Positions 40,382 through 49,363 of a stretch of 64,000 bases of DNA are shown in pieces. This DNA comes from an uncultured Selenomonadaceae bacterium (GTDB taxonomy: Bacteria; Bacillota; Negativicutes; Selenomonadales; Selenomonadaceae): the NCBI GenBank assembly GCA_905234705.1, contig CAJOIB010000010.1, forward strand, positions 6,616 to 70,615. Direction: 5' to 3'. Positions within the stretch are counted from its first letter, which is position 1. Each line of letters starts with the position of its first letter. Under the pieces are notes generated by a model that ran no database searches, had not been told where the DNA came from, and was given only the letters and a program-made list of their open reading frames with translations. Both the position numbers and the translations under genes were made by a program.

Positions 40382-41824
40382 TTATAGTTCGATGATAGAG
40401 TCAGCAAATTCCATAACCGCGGCTCGGTGCGTTGCTATTACAATCGTCCTGCGCGAAGAATATTTTTTCAGCACAGTTAAAACTTTCAATTCGGTTTCGG
40501 CGTCCAAATTAGCCGTCGGTTCGTCCAACAAAATCACCGGCGAATCCTTCAACAGCGCGCGTACCAACCCCAGCCGTTGCAACTGCCCGCGGCTTATTTT
40601 TTGTACTGAAGACAATTCTAAATTCAAATCCAGCGCGGCGAGCAATTCCGGCAATTTCGCCGTATCCAACAGATTGAACATTGAAAAGTTTTCCGCCAGC
40701 GTTGCGTCGAACAAATGTGGATCTTGCGGTAAATACGCGATTTTTGAAAACAATGACGCGCGTTGCATTTTGGAAGTCGGCAATTCGCTAAAAAATATTT
40801 CGCCGCTCGTTGGTAAAATTAGCCCCGCCAATAATTTTAACAGCGTCGATTTGCCACTGCCAGATTCGCCGGTTATCGCCGTGATTTTTCCCGCCGCGAT
40901 TTTCAAATTTATTTCGCGCAGTGCCGCAACTTTTTTCAACGGGTATGTGTAACTGACATTTTCTAACAAAATTTCGGGCGGCAGTTTCAATTTCTCAATT
41001 CCGGCAACTTTAATCGGCGCATTCACTAAAAATTTTTCGATCCGCTCAAGCGCCAATTTCGCCGAAATTACCACGTGGAACATCACGCCCAATTTTCTCA
41101 CCGGTGCAAAAAATTCTGGCGCAATTAACAGCAAAAACAGCGCCGCCTCAAATTCCACCGCGCCCGCCAATAATCTTAGCCCCAATGTCACCGCGACCAG
41201 CGCAATCGCCAGCGTCGTTATCAATTCCAGCGCAAACGATGACACGAACGCCAATTTTAAAACTTCGAGCGTTGCGGCTGATGATTTTTCTGATGTCGAT
41301 TTTAATTTGCCAGCCGCCGCGTCGATTCGCCCGAATATTTTTAAAGTTGTTACCGCTGATAAAATTTCTTTGAAATCGCCGTTTAATTTTTGCAATTCCG
41401 CCCATGCACGCGCGTTTCGTTCAGCCGTCGCTTTGCCGATTAAAAATAACAACAGCGGCGCGACCGGCAGCGTCACCAACAAAATTACCGCCGTCAGCCA
41501 ATCTTCGACCAGCGCGCCAATTAAAAATATCGGCAACAAAATTACCGCCGCGGCTACATTCGGCAAGACTTTTACAAAAAATTCGTCAAGCGCCTGTGTC
41601 GTGTCGAATGTCAGCGTTAAAATTTCGCCGCTAGAGATTTCGCGGTTGAAAATTTCGGTGTGCAATTTTTTTCGGATTGAAATTTGGAACGCCGCCGACA
41701 ACTTTAAAAATTTTTTCGCGCAGATATTCAAAACTAACAGCCGCATTGAAAAAATTATCAGCCACGCGATTAAAAATTCTGTCGCCGCCGCGTCCAAGAA
41801 TCGCACTAAAAAATGCGCCGCCAA
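40382..41824 (-). CDS. ABC transporter permease/ATPase fusion, CydD/CydC-like; N-terminally short with a degenerate signature motif (possibly decaying)
   Basis: Walker A is GESGSGKST and Walker B is ILLDEP. The signature is ISRGQ instead of LSGGQ. The TMD segment is FLLLIAPEFFAPVRKLG. Only ~480 aa are available before an in-frame stop, versus ~570 expected, and no partner subunit is adjacent. Confidence 0.7.
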   Translation of the reverse strand: MAAHFLVRFLDAAATEFLIAWLIIFSMRLLVLNICAKKFLKLSAAFQISIRKKLHTEIFNREISSGEILTLTFDTTQALDEFFVKVLPNVAAAVILLPIFLIGALVEDWLTAVILLVTLPVAPLLLFLIGKATAERNARAWAELQKLNGDFKEILSAVTTLKIFGRIDAAAGKLKSTSEKSSAATLEVLKLAFVSSFALELITTLAIALVAVTLGLRLLAGAVEFEAALFLLLIAPEFFAPVRKLGVMFHVVISAKLALERIEKFLVNAPIKVAGIEKLKLPPEILLENVSYTYPLKKVAALREINLKIAAGKITAITGESGSGKSTLLKLLAGLILPTSGEIFFSELPTSKMQRASLFSKIAYLPQDPHLFDATLAENFSMFNLLDTAKLPELLAALDLNLELSSVQKISRGQLQRLGLVRALLKDSPVILLDEPTANLDAETELKVLTVLKKYSSRRTIVIATHRAAVMEFADSIIEL

Positions 41825-42011
41825 TAAAATTAATACGCCTTCGCAGATTTTGCAGATTGAAATTTCGACGAGGGCTTTTTTATTTTCGCGCAGGAATAAT
41901 TTCAGCGTGACAAATCAACTCTTTTCTGAAAATTATAGCACGCGCGCAAATACCTTGCCAAAGGAAATTTTTGGTGATACAATTTCGGCAAAAAATTAAG
42001 GTGGGAGCGCA

Positions 42012-42857
42012 ATGGTACGGGAATTTGCACGGGCGAAAATCAATCTGACATTGGACATACTCGGCACTCGCGCCGACGGCTTTCACGAAGTCGAAATGAT
42101 TATGCAGACGCTTGAATTGGCTGATATTGTCGAACTTGAGAAAAATTCTGCTATCGAATTGAAAATCAGCGGCAATGATTCACTGCCTGCCGACGAAAAT
42201 AATTTAGCTTATCGAGCGGCGGCGGCGGTTCAAAAATTTTGCGGAAAAAATTTCGGCGTCAATATCAATTTACAGAAAAAAATTCCAATGGCGGCGGGCT
42301 TAGCGGGCGGCTCTGCTGATGCGGCGGCTGTTATTCGCGGGCTCAATCGGCTTTACGATTTGAATTTGAGCGCTGAAAAAATGTGCGAAATTGGCGCGAC
42401 GATTGGTTCTGACATTCCATTTTGCATAATCGGCGGCACTTGTCTTGCCAAAGGGCGCGGCGAAATTTTGACGCCGTTACCTGCGCTGAAAAATTTTAGT
42501 GTTGTGCTGATTAAACCGCGTGGCGAAATTTCCACTGCCTGGGCTTATAAAAATTACGATGAAAATCCTGCCGCTAATCACATACCGACGCTGGCGATTA
42601 TTGAAATGTTGCGCGCCGGAGATTACGGTTCGGCTTTTAAAAATTTTGCTAATGTGCTTGAAGCGGTCGCGGCGAAAAAAATTCCTGCGATTGAGACGTA
42701 CAAAAAATTTTTGCTTGAAAGCGGCGTTGACGTGGCTTTAATGAGCGGCAGTGGTCCAACGATTTTTGCGCTGACGGACGAATTGACTGCTGAAAAAATT
42801 GGGGCGAATTTTGACGGCAACGCGCAGATTTTTATCACTAAGACAAGGAATGATTGA
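42012..42857 (+). CDS. ispE: 4-diphosphocytidyl-2-C-methyl-D-erythritol kinase
   Basis: AKINLTLDILGTRADGFHEVEMIMQT...KKIPMAAGLAGGSADAAAV...MSGSGPTIFAL. Confidence 0.9.
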   Translation: MVREFARAKINLTLDILGTRADGFHEVEMIMQTLELADIVELEKNSAIELKISGNDSLPADENNLAYRAAAAVQKFCGKNFGVNINLQKKIPMAAGLAGGSADAAAVIRGLNRLYDLNLSAEKMCEIGATIGSDIPFCIIGGTCLAKGRGEILTPLPALKNFSVVLIKPRGEISTAWAYKNYDENPAANHIPTLAIIEMLRAGDYGSAFKNFANVLEAVAAKKIPAIETYKKFLLESGVDVALMSGSGPTIFALTDELTAEKIGANFDGNAQIFITKTRND

Positions 42858-42858
42858 C

Positions 42859-43554
42859 ATGGCGAAATTACAGCCGATAAATTTAGATACATATCAGCCG
42901 CTGCGCGAAGTGGTTTGCGAGGCGCTGCGCGACGCGATACGCAAGGGCATTTTAGAGCCAGGCGAGCGTTTAATGGAAGTACAGCTTGCGGACGAACTTG
43001 GAATAAGCCGAACGCCGGTACGCGAGGCGATTCGCAAACTTGAGCAGGAAGGCTACGTTATAATGATGCCGCGGCGCGGAACTTACGTTTCGGACATTTC
43101 GACTAATGACGTTAAAGAAATTTTTGAAATTCGGTCGGCGCTTGAATCGCTTGCAACTGGTTTAGCCGCGCGCAGGATTGAGCCGGACGAACTTGAAACT
43201 TTGCAAAATCTTCTTGTCGAAATTGAAGGCTACATTAAGAAAAACGACATCGAAAAAATTGTTGAGACCGATATAAAATTTCACGGCTTGCTGTACCAGG
43301 TTAGCCGGAATGAGCGGCTCGTCAACATTATTAATAATCTCAAAGAACAGTTGGCGCGTTTTCGTACGCTGTCAATGTCATATCCTGGGCGTTTGCAGGA
43401 AACTTTAGAGGAACATTCCGATATGGTTGAAGCAATTGCCAATGGCGACGTAAGCGCGGCGCGTGACGCTGCTGAACATCACATGGAACGCGCCGAAAAA
43501 ACTTTGCTTAAGGCTATGCGCAAAATTCGAGATAAAAACAAATCGGGGGAATAG
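42859..43554 (+). CDS. GntR family transcriptional regulator (FadR/FCD subfamily)
   Basis: wHTH segment LREVVCEALRDAIRKGILEPGERLMEVQLADELGISRTPVREAIRKLEQEG plus a C-terminal FCD-like helical domain. Confidence 0.8.
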   Translation: MAKLQPINLDTYQPLREVVCEALRDAIRKGILEPGERLMEVQLADELGISRTPVREAIRKLEQEGYVIMMPRRGTYVSDISTNDVKEIFEIRSALESLATGLAARRIEPDELETLQNLLVEIEGYIKKNDIEKIVETDIKFHGLLYQVSRNERLVNIINNLKEQLARFRTLSMSYPGRLQETLEEHSDMVEAIANGDVSAARDAAEHHMERAEKTLLKAMRKIRDKNKSGE

Positions 43555-43558
43555 TAAA

Positions 43559-44911
43559 TTGGAGACAATAATCTTAGCGGCGGGCAAGGGCACGCGAATG
43601 AAAAGCAAATTGCCGAAAGTCTTGCACAAAGTAGCGGGCAAGCCGATGTTACAGCACGTAATAGACGCGGCGAAATCTGCGGGCTCAACGCGTGAAGTGG
43701 TTGTAATCGGTTCGGGCGCTGAATTGGTCGAGCAAAAAATTTCGGGCGTAGAATTTGTTTTGCAGGCGGAACAGCTCGGCACAGGGCACGCGGTTTTGTG
43801 CGCCAAAGAAAAATTTGCAGGCGCGGACGATACAATTATGGTACTTTGCGGAGATACGCCGCTCTTTACCGGCGAATTGCTCAAAAAATTTGTCGACGCC
43901 CATATAAAAGCAAAAGCCGCCGCTACAGTTTTAACCGCTGAAGTTCCCGACGCTACCGGCTACGGCAGGATTATTCGCGAAGATGACGGCACTTTTAGAA
44001 AAATCGTCGAACATAAGGACGCTAACAGCTACGAGCGCCAAATCCGCGAAGTCAACGCCGGTATTTATTGTTTCGACGCTGAAAAACTTTTCGACGCTCT
44101 TACCAATGTTAAAAATGAAAATGCGCAGGGCGAATATTACCTGCCCGATGTGCTGACGATTTTAAAAAGCAACGGCGAAAAAATTAACGCGGTTTTCACT
44201 GAAGATTATAATCAGACGCTGGGAATAAATTCTCGCGCGCAGCTTGCCGAGGCGGATAAAATTATGCGTCAACGCAAAAATCTTGAGTTGATGGACAGCG
44301 GCGTTACGATTATCGACCCCGCCACGACTTTTATTGACGCGGCAGTTGAGATTGGCGTTGACACGATTATTTATCCGAATACGTATCTTGAGGGCAACAC
44401 GAAAATTGGCGAATCCTGCGCGATAGGTCCAAATGCGCGGCTTGCTGATATGATTGTTGGCGATAATGTTCAGGCGCAATTTTGCTACTGCCACGAAGCC
44501 GAAATTGGCGATGGCGTGATTCTTGGTCCGTATGTTCACATTCGCCCAAATACTAAAATCAGCAATAAAGTTAAAATTGGCAACTTTGTCGAAGTGAAAA
44601 ATTCAAATATCGGCGAAGGCTCGAAACTGCCGCATTTGCAATACATTGGCGATTGCGATATGGGCGGCGGCTGTAATATCGGCTGCGGCGCTATCACGGT
44701 TAATTATGACGGCAAGAAAAAATTCCGCACGACGATTGGCGATAATGTTTTTGTTGGTTGCAATTCAAATTTGGTTGCGCCGGTGACATTGGAAAATGGC
44801 GCGTATGTCGCCGCCGGTTCGACCATTACTAAAAATGTTCCGGCTGATAATCTTGCTATTGCGCGCGCGCGTCAAACTAATCTCGAAGGTTGGAATGACA
44901 AGCGCAAATAA
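43559..44911 (+). CDS. glmU: Bifunctional UDP-N-acetylglucosamine pyrophosphorylase / glucosamine-1-phosphate N-acetyltransferase
   Basis: TTG start after GGGGGA. ILAAGKGTRMKSKLPKVLH...LCGDTPL..., followed by C-terminal hexapeptide repeats. Confidence 0.9.
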   Translation: METIILAAGKGTRMKSKLPKVLHKVAGKPMLQHVIDAAKSAGSTREVVVIGSGAELVEQKISGVEFVLQAEQLGTGHAVLCAKEKFAGADDTIMVLCGDTPLFTGELLKKFVDAHIKAKAAATVLTAEVPDATGYGRIIREDDGTFRKIVEHKDANSYERQIREVNAGIYCFDAEKLFDALTNVKNENAQGEYYLPDVLTILKSNGEKINAVFTEDYNQTLGINSRAQLAEADKIMRQRKNLELMDSGVTIIDPATTFIDAAVEIGVDTIIYPNTYLEGNTKIGESCAIGPNARLADMIVGDNVQAQFCYCHEAEIGDGVILGPYVHIRPNTKISNKVKIGNFVEVKNSNIGEGSKLPHLQYIGDCDMGGGCNIGCGAITVNYDGKKKFRTTIGDNVFVGCNSNLVAPVTLENGAYVAAGSTITKNVPADNLAIARARQTNLEGWNDKRK

Positions 44912-44929
44912 TAAATTCAATAAAATGTA

Positions 44930-45913
44930 TTGGCAATGGGGGAATTTAACGAAATGGAAAATAACAGCGTCAACACGAGCAATCTTTGTTTGATGACGGG
45001 AAATGCTAATCCGGAATTGGCGAAAAAAATTGCCGACCATATCGGCGTGGATTTGTTTAATACTTTCGTCGGACGCTTCAACAACGGCGAGACGCAGGTT
45101 ATGATTGGCGACAGTATTCGCGGCAAGGATATTTTTATTGTTCAGCCGACTTCTCAACCTGTCAATGACAATTTAATGGATTTGCTGATAATGGCGGATG
45201 CCTGCAAACGCGCTTCTGCTCATAGTATCACGGCGGTTGTTCCCTATTACGCCTACGCACGCCAGGACAGAAAGACTCGCGGGCGCGAGCCTATTTCCGC
45301 TAAACTTGTTGCGAATTTGATGGTTGCCGCCGGTATGACGCGCGTTATCACGGTTGATTTGCACGCGGGGCAGATTCAAGGCTTTTTCGATATTCCTGTG
45401 GATCATTTATTGGGCGCGCCGGTTTTCGCTGATTATTTTAACGGGCATGATTTTGGCGGCGAATTGGTTGTAGTTTCGCCGGATTTGGGCGGCGTCACTC
45501 GCGCGCGCGTTTTGGCTGATTTTCTGAAAGCTCCCATTGCGATTATTGAGAAGCGGCGTCCGCGTCCTGGCGAAGCTGAAGTTATGAATATTATTGGCGA
45601 CGTGCAAGGCAAAATCGCGCTTATGATTGACGATATTGTTGACACGGCGGGCAGTTTGTGCGAAGGCGCTAAGGCTTTGAAACGTTTGGGCGCAAAATCT
45701 GTATTGGCGGCTTGCTCTCACGCTGTACTCAGTAAAAACGCTGTTGAAAAAATTAACAACTCTGACATTGAAAAGCTTGTTATAACCGATACAATAATGT
45801 TGCCGCCGGAAAAGCAATCTGAAAAATTTGTCGTGTTGTCAATGGCAAAATCAATTGGCGACGTAATTATGAGGATTCAAGCGCGACGCTCAGTCAGCCA
45901 GCTCTTTAGATAG
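44930..45913 (+). CDS. prs: Ribose-phosphate pyrophosphokinase
   Basis: GNANPELAKKIADHIGV...FNNGETQV...YYAYARQDRK...DLHAGQIQGFF...MIDDIVDTAGS. The start may instead be the ATG at 44954. Confidence 0.9.
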   Translation: MAMGEFNEMENNSVNTSNLCLMTGNANPELAKKIADHIGVDLFNTFVGRFNNGETQVMIGDSIRGKDIFIVQPTSQPVNDNLMDLLIMADACKRASAHSITAVVPYYAYARQDRKTRGREPISAKLVANLMVAAGMTRVITVDLHAGQIQGFFDIPVDHLLGAPVFADYFNGHDFGGELVVVSPDLGGVTRARVLADFLKAPIAIIEKRRPRPGEAEVMNIIGDVQGKIALMIDDIVDTAGSLCEGAKALKRLGAKSVLAACSHAVLSKNAVEKINNSDIEKLVITDTIMLPPEKQSEKFVVLSMAKSIGDVIMRIQARRSVSQLFR

Positions 45914-45956
45914 GGATTAGGTTTTAGTGGTTAGGGGTTAGTGACTATACCCTAAA

Positions 45957-45984
45957 AGCGGCATGCAATGTGCCGCTTATTTTA
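45957..45984 (+). terminator. Rho-independent terminator after prs
   Basis: AGCGGCA-loop-TGCCGCT hairpin followed by TATTTT. Confidence 0.55.
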
Positions 45985-45999
45985 ATAGGAGGGATAATT

Positions 46000-46227
46000 T
46001 TGTTAACGTTTTTAATGGTATTAGACGGAATAATTTCAGTAGCGTTAATTGCGTCGGTATTGGGGCAGGAAGCAAAATCCGGCGGAATGGGCGGCATGGA
46101 CGGCGGCTCGGATGCGGTATTTTCGAGCCAGGCGCGCGGTATGGATGCATTTTTGGCGCGTGTCACGGTAATTTTGGCGATACTTTTCGCCGTGATAACG
46201 ATTGTAATTGCGCGGATGGTTTCTTGA
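46000..46227 (+). CDS. secG: Preprotein translocase subunit SecG
   Basis: TTG start 6 nt after AGGAGGG. LTFLMVLDGIISVALIASVLGQEAKSGGMGGM...FLARVTVILAILFAVITIVIA. The track ORF starts upstream at 45970, inside the terminator. Confidence 0.75.
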   Translation: MLTFLMVLDGIISVALIASVLGQEAKSGGMGGMDGGSDAVFSSQARGMDAFLARVTVILAILFAVITIVIARMVS

Positions 46228-46228
46228 A

Positions 46229-46966
46229 ATGATTATCGAAGGCGCGGAGTCATTTTTCTTAAAGGGCAATTCCGCTGGCGTTTTATTAATTCACGGATTC
46301 ACGGGTTCGCCCGCCGAAATGTTATTGCTCGGTGAATTTTTAAATCGCGCAGGTTTTACGGTTTTGGGCGTTAGATTGGAGGGGCACGGCACGAACGAAT
46401 TGAACTTAATGAAAACTACAAATGAAGATTGGTTTAATTCGGTGCTGGACGGCTACAAAATGCTCAGTGGATTTTGCGAAAAAGTTTTTGTCGCGGGTTT
46501 TTCTATGGGCGGGCTGTTGACGCTGAAATTGGCGGCGATTTGCGGCGTCGAAAAAATTGTAACTTTATCCGCGCCGATTTTTATAAATGACGAATGGCAC
46601 TTAAAAGATTTACCGCCGCGCAGTGAATGTAAAGATTTTTGCGTGATTTGCCCGCGCCGCAGATTAAAAAATGTTCCGCCTGCCGTCAATAAAGTTTATC
46701 GGCGAATGCCCTATGTCAGCGTTCACGAACTGGTTAATCTTTTGGAAGAAGTGAAAATAATTTTGCCGCGAATAACCGCGCCGATTTTGATAATGCACGG
46801 CGACGCAGATCATACCGCTCAACCCGCCAGCGCCGATTTCATTGAAAAAAATATCAGCTCAACCTTTGTAAAAAAAATTATTGTGCCGAATTGCGGACAC
46901 CTTTTGCCGCTGACTGACAGCCGAGAATTTGTCTTTGAGGAAGTTTTAAAATTTTTAGTATGCTGA
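46229..46966 (+). CDS. Alpha/beta hydrolase (carboxylesterase/monoacylglycerol lipase-like)
   Basis: HGFTGSP..., nucleophile elbow GFSMGG, and the C-terminal HGDADH...CGH triad context. Confidence 0.7.
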   Translation: MIIEGAESFFLKGNSAGVLLIHGFTGSPAEMLLLGEFLNRAGFTVLGVRLEGHGTNELNLMKTTNEDWFNSVLDGYKMLSGFCEKVFVAGFSMGGLLTLKLAAICGVEKIVTLSAPIFINDEWHLKDLPPRSECKDFCVICPRRRLKNVPPAVNKVYRRMPYVSVHELVNLLEEVKIILPRITAPILIMHGDADHTAQPASADFIEKNISSTFVKKIIVPNCGHLLPLTDSREFVFEEVLKFLVC

Positions 46967-46988
46967 ATTTTGCGGGCGGCGGCTTGAT

Positions 46989-47246
46989 TTGATAATAATT
47001 TTGGTAATGACGGCAAGCTTGGGCAAAGGCTGTATATTTTCCTGCGTGTCAGTAGGAATTTTTCAAGGCGCGATAACGATATTTGCGGGATTTTTAGAGC
47101 CGTTTGTAACAGAAATTGCGCTGAAAAATTTATCGTGCGTGGGCAATGCGCTGATTTTCGGCGTGGGAGTAAATTTAATGTTCGGCAATAAAATTCGCGT
47201 GGCAAATTTGCTGCCGGCGTTGATTATTGCGGTTTTATGGGAGTGA
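46989..47246 (+). pseudogene. C-terminal remnant of a DUF554-family membrane protein gene
   Basis: The 85-aa ORF matches only the last third of ~220-aa DUF554 proteins (...FQGAITIFAGFL...VGNALIFGVGVNLMFGNKIRVANLLPALIIAVL). There is no room for the N-terminal two thirds upstream. Confidence 0.5.
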
Positions 47247-47251
47247 AGATT

Positions 47252-47653
47252 ATGGCGTTTAGCAGTGACGATTATTGTTTTGCATGCGGTGAAAAAAATC
47301 CGATTGGCTTGCATTTGAAATTCGAGCCGGAAGGCGATAAATACGTTGCGAAAAAAATAATTGCGCGCGAATATGAAGGCTATGCAAATGTGGTACACGG
47401 CGGCATTTTAACAACGATGCTTGACGAGGCGATGGGAAATTACGTGCAGGAAAAATATCACGAACAGGCAATGACGGCTAGATTAGAAATACGTTACCAC
47501 GTGCCGACGCCGATTGAGCAGGAATTAAAAATTTCGGCGTGGCAGGATTCAAAGAAACTAAATATAATCACGATGAAAGCGCAAATTCAAACGGCAGATG
47601 AAGTTGTGACGGCGGAAGCGACGGCTAAATTTGCGTTGGTGTCCTTGAAATGA
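47252..47653 (+). CDS. PaaI/hotdog-fold thioesterase
   Basis: CFACGEKNPIGLHLKF...GYANVVHGGILTTMLDEAMG. Confidence 0.7.
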   Translation: MAFSSDDYCFACGEKNPIGLHLKFEPEGDKYVAKKIIAREYEGYANVVHGGILTTMLDEAMGNYVQEKYHEQAMTARLEIRYHVPTPIEQELKISAWQDSKKLNIITMKAQIQTADEVVTAEATAKFALVSLK

Positions 47654-49362
47654 GCCAGCAGGAAATTTCTAAGGGCGATATTGTTATTGGCAGAGTTCAC
47701 GGCGTCAAGAAAAAATTTTGGGTGAAAGTTAGCGGCGCTGATTTAAAAATTCCGATAAAGCGCGTGGCGGGCGACAGTGAGCAGCTTAAAAATTGGCGCG
47801 CCAATAAAACAAAAGTTGCGGTAAAAATCCTGTCTGCCAAAAATTTTTATGGCGAAATTATTGGGACTGTGCAATCGGCGGACATTGCGGACGTTATTAA
47901 AAGTCACGGCGTGGTTGAAGAATTTCCGGCGAATGTTCGAGCGGCGGCGGCTTTGATTGGCGAAAATCCGAGCGCGGCTGAAATTTCCAAGCGAATTGAC
48001 AGGCGCACGTTGCCGATTGTGACGATTGACGGCGAAGACGCGAAAGATTTGGACGACGGCGTTTTTGCTGAAAAAATTACTACCGGTTATTTTTTGGGCG
48101 TGTACATTGCCGATGTTAGCTATTACGTGCGGGCGAATACTCCGCTGGATCGTGAAGCCTTCGAGCGCGGCACGAGCATTTATCCGGTTGATAGAGTTGT
48201 GCCGATGTTGCCCAAAGAATTGTCCAATGGCATTTGCAGTTTGAATGCGGGCGTTGAGCGGCTTGCTATGGCGTGCGAAATGTTTTTAGATTTTAGCGGG
48301 AAAGTTACCAGCTACAAAATTTTTCCAACGGTGATTAAAGTTTTTCGGCGGCTGAATTATACGCAGGTTAATAATTTTTTTAATGGCGCGGAAGATTTGA
48401 AGTCCTGCGCGAAGAATTTAAATGCGTTGCTGGAAGTTTACAAACTGCGGAAAAAGATTCGCGAGGAACGCGGCGCAATTGATTTTGAAATTCCCGAAAT
48501 TAAAATTATTCTTGACGAAAGCGGCGCGCCGATTGAATTGACGAAAAAAATTAATGGCTTGGCGGAAAATCTGATTGAAGAATGTATGCTTGCCGCGAAT
48601 GAAACCGTTGCTGAGCACACGATTAAAAATAAAATTCCGAGCCTGTACCGCGTGCACGAATTGCCGAGCGCTGAAAAAGTTAATACATTTAATCAGTTGC
48701 TGGTGCATTTTAATTTGCACATCAGCAAGAATGAGCCGCGCGCTTTTCAAAAAGTTCTCGCGCAGGTTAAAGGCACGCCTGCTGAAAAAGTTATTTCCAG
48801 TTTTGCGTTGCGCACGATGCAACAGGCGCGGTATTCGCCGGAAAATCTTGGGCATTTTGGATTGGCGGCGGAATTTTACACGCATTTTACATCGCCGATT
48901 CGCCGGTATCCAGATTTGATTGTTCATCGAATGTTGCGCGCAAAGCCCGATAAAATTGCTAAATTGGCGCGGCGGCTTGAGGAAATTTCAATACAATCTT
49001 CGGAGCGGGAACGTCGCGCAGTGGAAATTGAGCGTGAGGCTGTCGATTTGAAAAGTGCTGAATATATGCAGCGGTTTATCGGTAAAAATTTTGACGCGGT
49101 GATTTGTAGCGTGGCGAGTTTTGGATTTTTCGTCGAATTGGACAGCGGCGTTGACGGGCTTGTGCGGGCGGCGAGCCTAAAGGACGATTATTATGGTTAT
49201 GTGGATTCGGAATTTGCGCTGATTGGCGTTCGTACCGGCAAAACTTTTCGGCTTGGTGACAAAGTTAGAGTGAGATTGACTGAAGCGAATGTTGAATTGC
49301 GGCGGCTAACTTTTGAATTGGTTAACGGCGTCGTTGCGGAAGATTTAATTGCGGAGGTTTGA
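47650..49362 (+). CDS. rnr: Ribonuclease R (short form)
   Basis: RNB domain: TIDGEDAKDLDDGVFAE...YIADVSYYV...SLNAGVERLA...HFTSPIRRYPDLIVHR. C-terminal S1 domain: GKNFDAVICSVASFGFFVEL. Confidence 0.85.
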   Translation: MSQQEISKGDIVIGRVHGVKKKFWVKVSGADLKIPIKRVAGDSEQLKNWRANKTKVAVKILSAKNFYGEIIGTVQSADIADVIKSHGVVEEFPANVRAAAALIGENPSAAEISKRIDRRTLPIVTIDGEDAKDLDDGVFAEKITTGYFLGVYIADVSYYVRANTPLDREAFERGTSIYPVDRVVPMLPKELSNGICSLNAGVERLAMACEMFLDFSGKVTSYKIFPTVIKVFRRLNYTQVNNFFNGAEDLKSCAKNLNALLEVYKLRKKIREERGAIDFEIPEIKIILDESGAPIELTKKINGLAENLIEECMLAANETVAEHTIKNKIPSLYRVHELPSAEKVNTFNQLLVHFNLHISKNEPRAFQKVLAQVKGTPAEKVISSFALRTMQQARYSPENLGHFGLAAEFYTHFTSPIRRYPDLIVHRMLRAKPDKIAKLARRLEEISIQSSERERRAVEIEREAVDLKSAEYMQRFIGKNFDAVICSVASFGFFVELDSGVDGLVRAASLKDDYYGYVDSEFALIGVRTGKTFRLGDKVRVRLTEANVELRRLTFELVNGVVAEDLIAEV

Positions 49363-49363
49363 A

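Noticed and set aside
45913-45937. TTAGGG-like words (ggttaggggttag, gttagggaatagggg) reminiscent of telomeric repeats.
   Set aside because: There are only two short, imperfect occurrences, both in internal intergenic regions of an apparently ordinary chromosome segment. I treat them as G-rich 3'-flank motifs, not telomeres.
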